DNA of 64,000 nucleotides, taken from positions 42,656,001 to 42,720,000 of the forward strand of contig NC_043013.1 in the NCBI RefSeq assembly GCF_006345805.1. Reading direction: 5' to 3'. Every line of letters begins with the position of its first letter. The first letter of the stretch is position 1. A program made the position numbers and the translations under genes. The notes beneath the pieces are model-generated. The model saw only the letters and a list, made by a program, of their open reading frames with translations. It did no database searches and had not been told where the DNA came from. This document shows positions 62,404-64,000 of the stretch, piece by piece. Source of the stretch: Octopus sinensis (taxonomy: Eukaryota).

Positions 62404-63386
62404 CCTTAAAATCCTTAAAAATGTTTTAGCCCGAAGACGGAGATGTACTTGCATAGCAAGTGATCTGATCTGAGATCGTGTGCTGGAACAAAAACAATTG
62501 CAGCGTGGAAGGTGTTTATAAGCCATTTAAGAAACACACAAAAACTGTTAGATTCACTTCAACATTTAAATTTAATTTGTCAAAATATTTTCATCGCTTT
62601 GAAACTGTGACCTGTTCACTGACAAAATTCCGTGCTGTGATATTGACAAATCATAAAGATGGCGAAATGCTAATATCTATTTCTCCTGTAATGGGGCCTG
62701 ATGCGAATTATCTCGCTTGTCTGTCACTTCCAGGTATTTTAACACCAGGCAAATTGATGAGAATATATTCTCTTACGCCTACAATTCGCAGCCTGCCCAC
62801 ATACTGATAAAACACATATCTTGTGTATGTGTGCTCAATATTGTTTATATCCCTCAGGCAGCTTCTCATTCATATTTGAATATATACATACATATATATA
62901 TATATATAGTTATAGATCTTCCTCTCTTTGTCTCCCTCTCTCATTCTCTTATTTCAATATCTATATCATTGTATCTGTCAAAGACATCCATAAGTGCTCA
63001 TGTAAATACATATATATACACACACTTGCTAACACCACACACACACACTCTCTCTCTTTCCCCCCTCTCTCTCACTTTCTCTATCTCTCCTTCCCTCCCT
63101 CTTTATATATCTATCTACCATTCATAGACCCACATATGTACCTACACATTTGCTAATATCACCCACACATACACACACACACTTGTAAAGAATACGTTAA
63201 CTATAAATTTTAACTCATTCTGTTACTAAAATATTTTGGTATTGTTTTTCTCATGACTGCATTGAAAACATAAACATAAAATCTAGTCTAAATAGATATT
63301 CTCTGTCCTAATATATATCCTCCTTCTTTCTTCACTATTGTAGAACTTCTTCCCAGATTGCAGCCAAGGCCTTATTCTGTTGCAAG
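47699..63386 (+). CDS. MTRR: Methionine synthase reductase (diflavin oxidoreductase), 5' part; join(47699..47845,51926..52076,52903..53020,56402..56894,59329..59472,59782..59870,61121..61277,61914..62094,63344..63386); continues beyond window
   Basis: Nine exons with GT-AG boundaries and matching phases give one open frame of about 507 codons. Motifs: flavodoxin [61 protein letters not shown] (MTRR-type), [34 protein letters not shown]. Family assignment is from recalled MTRR sequences, not a database search. Confidence 0.96.
48893..49178. repeat. Perfect inverted repeat, 131-bp arms with a 24-nt spacer, between (TA)n tracts in an MTRR intron
   Basis: 48893-49023 is the exact reverse complement of 49048-49178 when read base by base. 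Confidence 0.95.
51145..51300 (+). mobile_element. Non-LTR retrotransposon 3' fragment (RTE-like)
   Basis: [27 protein letters not shown] matches the GRGRPRKTW-type LINE C-terminus. Confidence 0.65.
51926..52076 (+). CDS. MTRR: MTRR coding exon 2 ([28 protein letters not shown]...HLSYTVLG)
   Basis: Acceptor TCTCCAG, donor G|GTGAGT; 151 nt; FMN-binding STTGxGD motif. Confidence 0.96.
52903..53020 (+). CDS. MTRR: MTRR coding exon 3 ([39 protein letters not shown])
   Basis: Acceptor TTGTTGCAG, donor GG|GTAAGT; 118 nt; phases fit both neighbours. Confidence 0.97.
54365..54873. mobile_element. TcMar (Tc2-like) non-autonomous DNA transposon
   Basis: TA|CCGTAAATCCTCGAGTATAATCC ... GGACTATACTCGTGGGTTTACGG|TA. 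Confidence 0.85.
55525..56240. mobile_element. Head-to-head inverted pair of a Penelope-pLTR/retrozyme-like repeat (55525-55712 minus; 56090-56240 plus) around a family-4 SINE; each arm has a decayed hammerhead motif
   Basis: Arms are reverse complements by eye; motifs GACAC-CUGAUGA-A-stem II-GAAG-CGUU-GUGUU (55604-55650, -) and CUGAUGA-A-GGCUG..CAGCC-AAAA-CAUU-GUGUU (56146-56192, +). Confidence 0.72.
56402..56894 (+). CDS. MTRR: MTRR coding exon 4 ([16 protein letters not shown]... hinge ...[21 protein letters not shown])
   Basis: Lies in the 190-aa ORF 56394..56966; acceptor TTGAATAG, donor CTG|GTAAGT; 493 nt. Confidence 0.95.
57013..57245 (-). mobile_element. Non-LTR retrotransposon 3' end with (CAAGT)n tail
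   Basis: - strand [48 protein letters not shown] then CAAGTCAAGTCAAG. Confidence 0.72.
57358..57574. mobile_element. Second piggyBac-type MITE family (CCCTTTAGCATT termini); related copies near 17410-17612, 46550-47141 (split by a SINE) and 63520-63700
   Basis: TTAA|CCC ... AGGG|TTAA; internal similarity among copies seen by eye. Confidence 0.78.
58951..59285. mobile_element. Palindromic Penelope-pLTR/retrozyme-like element with two hammerhead-like motifs
   Basis: Arms 58951-59092 and 59100-59241 with loop TCACGGG; - strand CAC-CUGAAGA-A-CGCUG..CAGCU-GAAA-CAUA-GUG (58995-59038); + strand copy 59153-59197 has AAAA in place of GAAA. Confidence 0.72.
59329..59472 (+). CDS. MTRR: MTRR coding exon 5 ([10 protein letters not shown]...[13 protein letters not shown])
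   Basis: Acceptor TATAACAG, donor GAG|GTAAAT; 144 nt, phase 0/0; [10 protein letters not shown] resembles the FAD-domain start. Confidence 0.9.
59782..59870 (+). CDS. MTRR: MTRR coding exon 6 ([30 protein letters not shown])
   Basis: Acceptor TTTCTCCAG, donor AG|GTCAGT; 89 nt; YQPGD..VICPN motif. Confidence 0.95.
60700..60954 (+). mobile_element. CR1-like LINE 3' end
   Basis: [29 protein letters not shown] (WNxLP motif), 3' UTR and (TAAC)n tail. Confidence 0.8.
61121..61277 (+). CDS. MTRR: MTRR coding exon 7 ([11 protein letters not shown]...[19 protein letters not shown])
   Basis: Acceptor TGTTCTAG, donor AAG|GTAACG; 157 nt; CLDIRxxPKK motif. Confidence 0.94.
61405..61831. repeat. Compound (GGT)n microsatellite with an embedded roughly 45-55-bp minisatellite unit (GGCAGCRGCAATAATGACTKTRATAGGAA)
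   Basis: About four recurrences of the unit separated by GGT runs; explains the stop-free poly-Pro/His/Thr ORFs on the - strand. Confidence 0.9.
61914..62094 (+). CDS. MTRR: MTRR coding exon 8 ([27 protein letters not shown]...PPFERIL)
   Basis: Acceptor AACTGCAG, donor G|GTAACT; 181 nt. Confidence 0.96.
62175..62293. repeat. 57-bp-stem hairpin with 5-nt loop, 80 nt downstream of an MTRR donor
   Basis: Arms 62175-62231 and 62237-62293; both DNA mismatches become G-U pairs on the + strand. Confidence 0.93.
63344..63386 (+). CDS. MTRR: MTRR coding exon 9 ([14 protein letters not shown])
   Basis: Long pyrimidine tract then TTGTAG; donor AG|GTGTGT; 43 nt; FAD-binding RxYS motif. Confidence 0.95.
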
Positions 63387-64000
63387 GTGTGTATGTGTGA
63401 GAGAGAAAGCCACAGTCATGCTGTGTCTCTTCCTCACTTCCCCTTCACTGTTTACTCACATGTCCCTTAACTTTTCAGCATTCAAATCAGTCATATAAGA
63501 CCCAAATATTCAACTTGTTTTATTTTCAAACTAACCGGATCAGCCCTCTCACACTTACCTTACAATTTCGTTCTAAAAATAGACGATCACATAATCGAAA
63601 TATCAAAACTATGAGATCGTGCATGATTGATTCAAAACTATGCAAATAAATAAGCATTACAATTGACAGAGTAATCTGAATGTAAAGAGTTAAACTAATG
63701 GAAGGTTGGGTGGGGGTTACACATTGTTGCTCAGCTTTCCAGAAATAGCTCTCCTTGTTTCTTTTTATTTCAATTAAAAACACACTATTTCTTTCCATCA
63801 ACATCATTGACATCCGTCTTCCATGCCGGCGTGGGTTGGATGGTTCAGCAGAGGATGGTGCCAAGGTTCCAGTGTCAGCTTTGGCATGGTTTCTACAGTC
63901 AGATGCCCTTCTTAATGTCAACCACTTTACAAGAAAGTACTGGGTGCTTTTTACATGGCACCAGCACCAGTGAGGTCACCAACACCTCACTGGTACCAGT

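Overview
AT-rich, repeat-dense animal genomic DNA, most likely an octopus or other coleoid cephalopod (inferred from the SINE families and gene architecture). Two host genes face away from each other across a CpG-rich, repeat-poor block at about 28-35.7 kb. On the + strand, methionine synthase reductase (MTRR) contributes nine in-phase coding exons (47699-63386, about 507 codons) and runs off the right edge. On the - strand, only the first coding exon of an LMBR1/lilipod-type membrane protein gene is recognisable (31565-31633), so about 31 kb of the window appears to be its first intron. Nearly everything else is transposable-element debris: a decayed Gypsy LTR element with both LTRs and nested insertions, non-autonomous Helitrons, piggyBac-, hAT- and Tc2-type MITEs, a mariner relic, LINE 3' ends, four SINE families and microsatellites. 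The most unusual signal is a set of head-to-head palindromic elements in MTRR introns, several close to exons. Most carry decayed minimal type I hammerhead ribozyme motifs (Penelope/retrozyme-like), and one is a perfect 131-bp-arm foldback. No prokaryotic systems, CRISPR arrays, rRNA or genuine tRNA genes were seen. Repeat boundaries are read by eye and are approximate unless TIR/TSD positions are stated.
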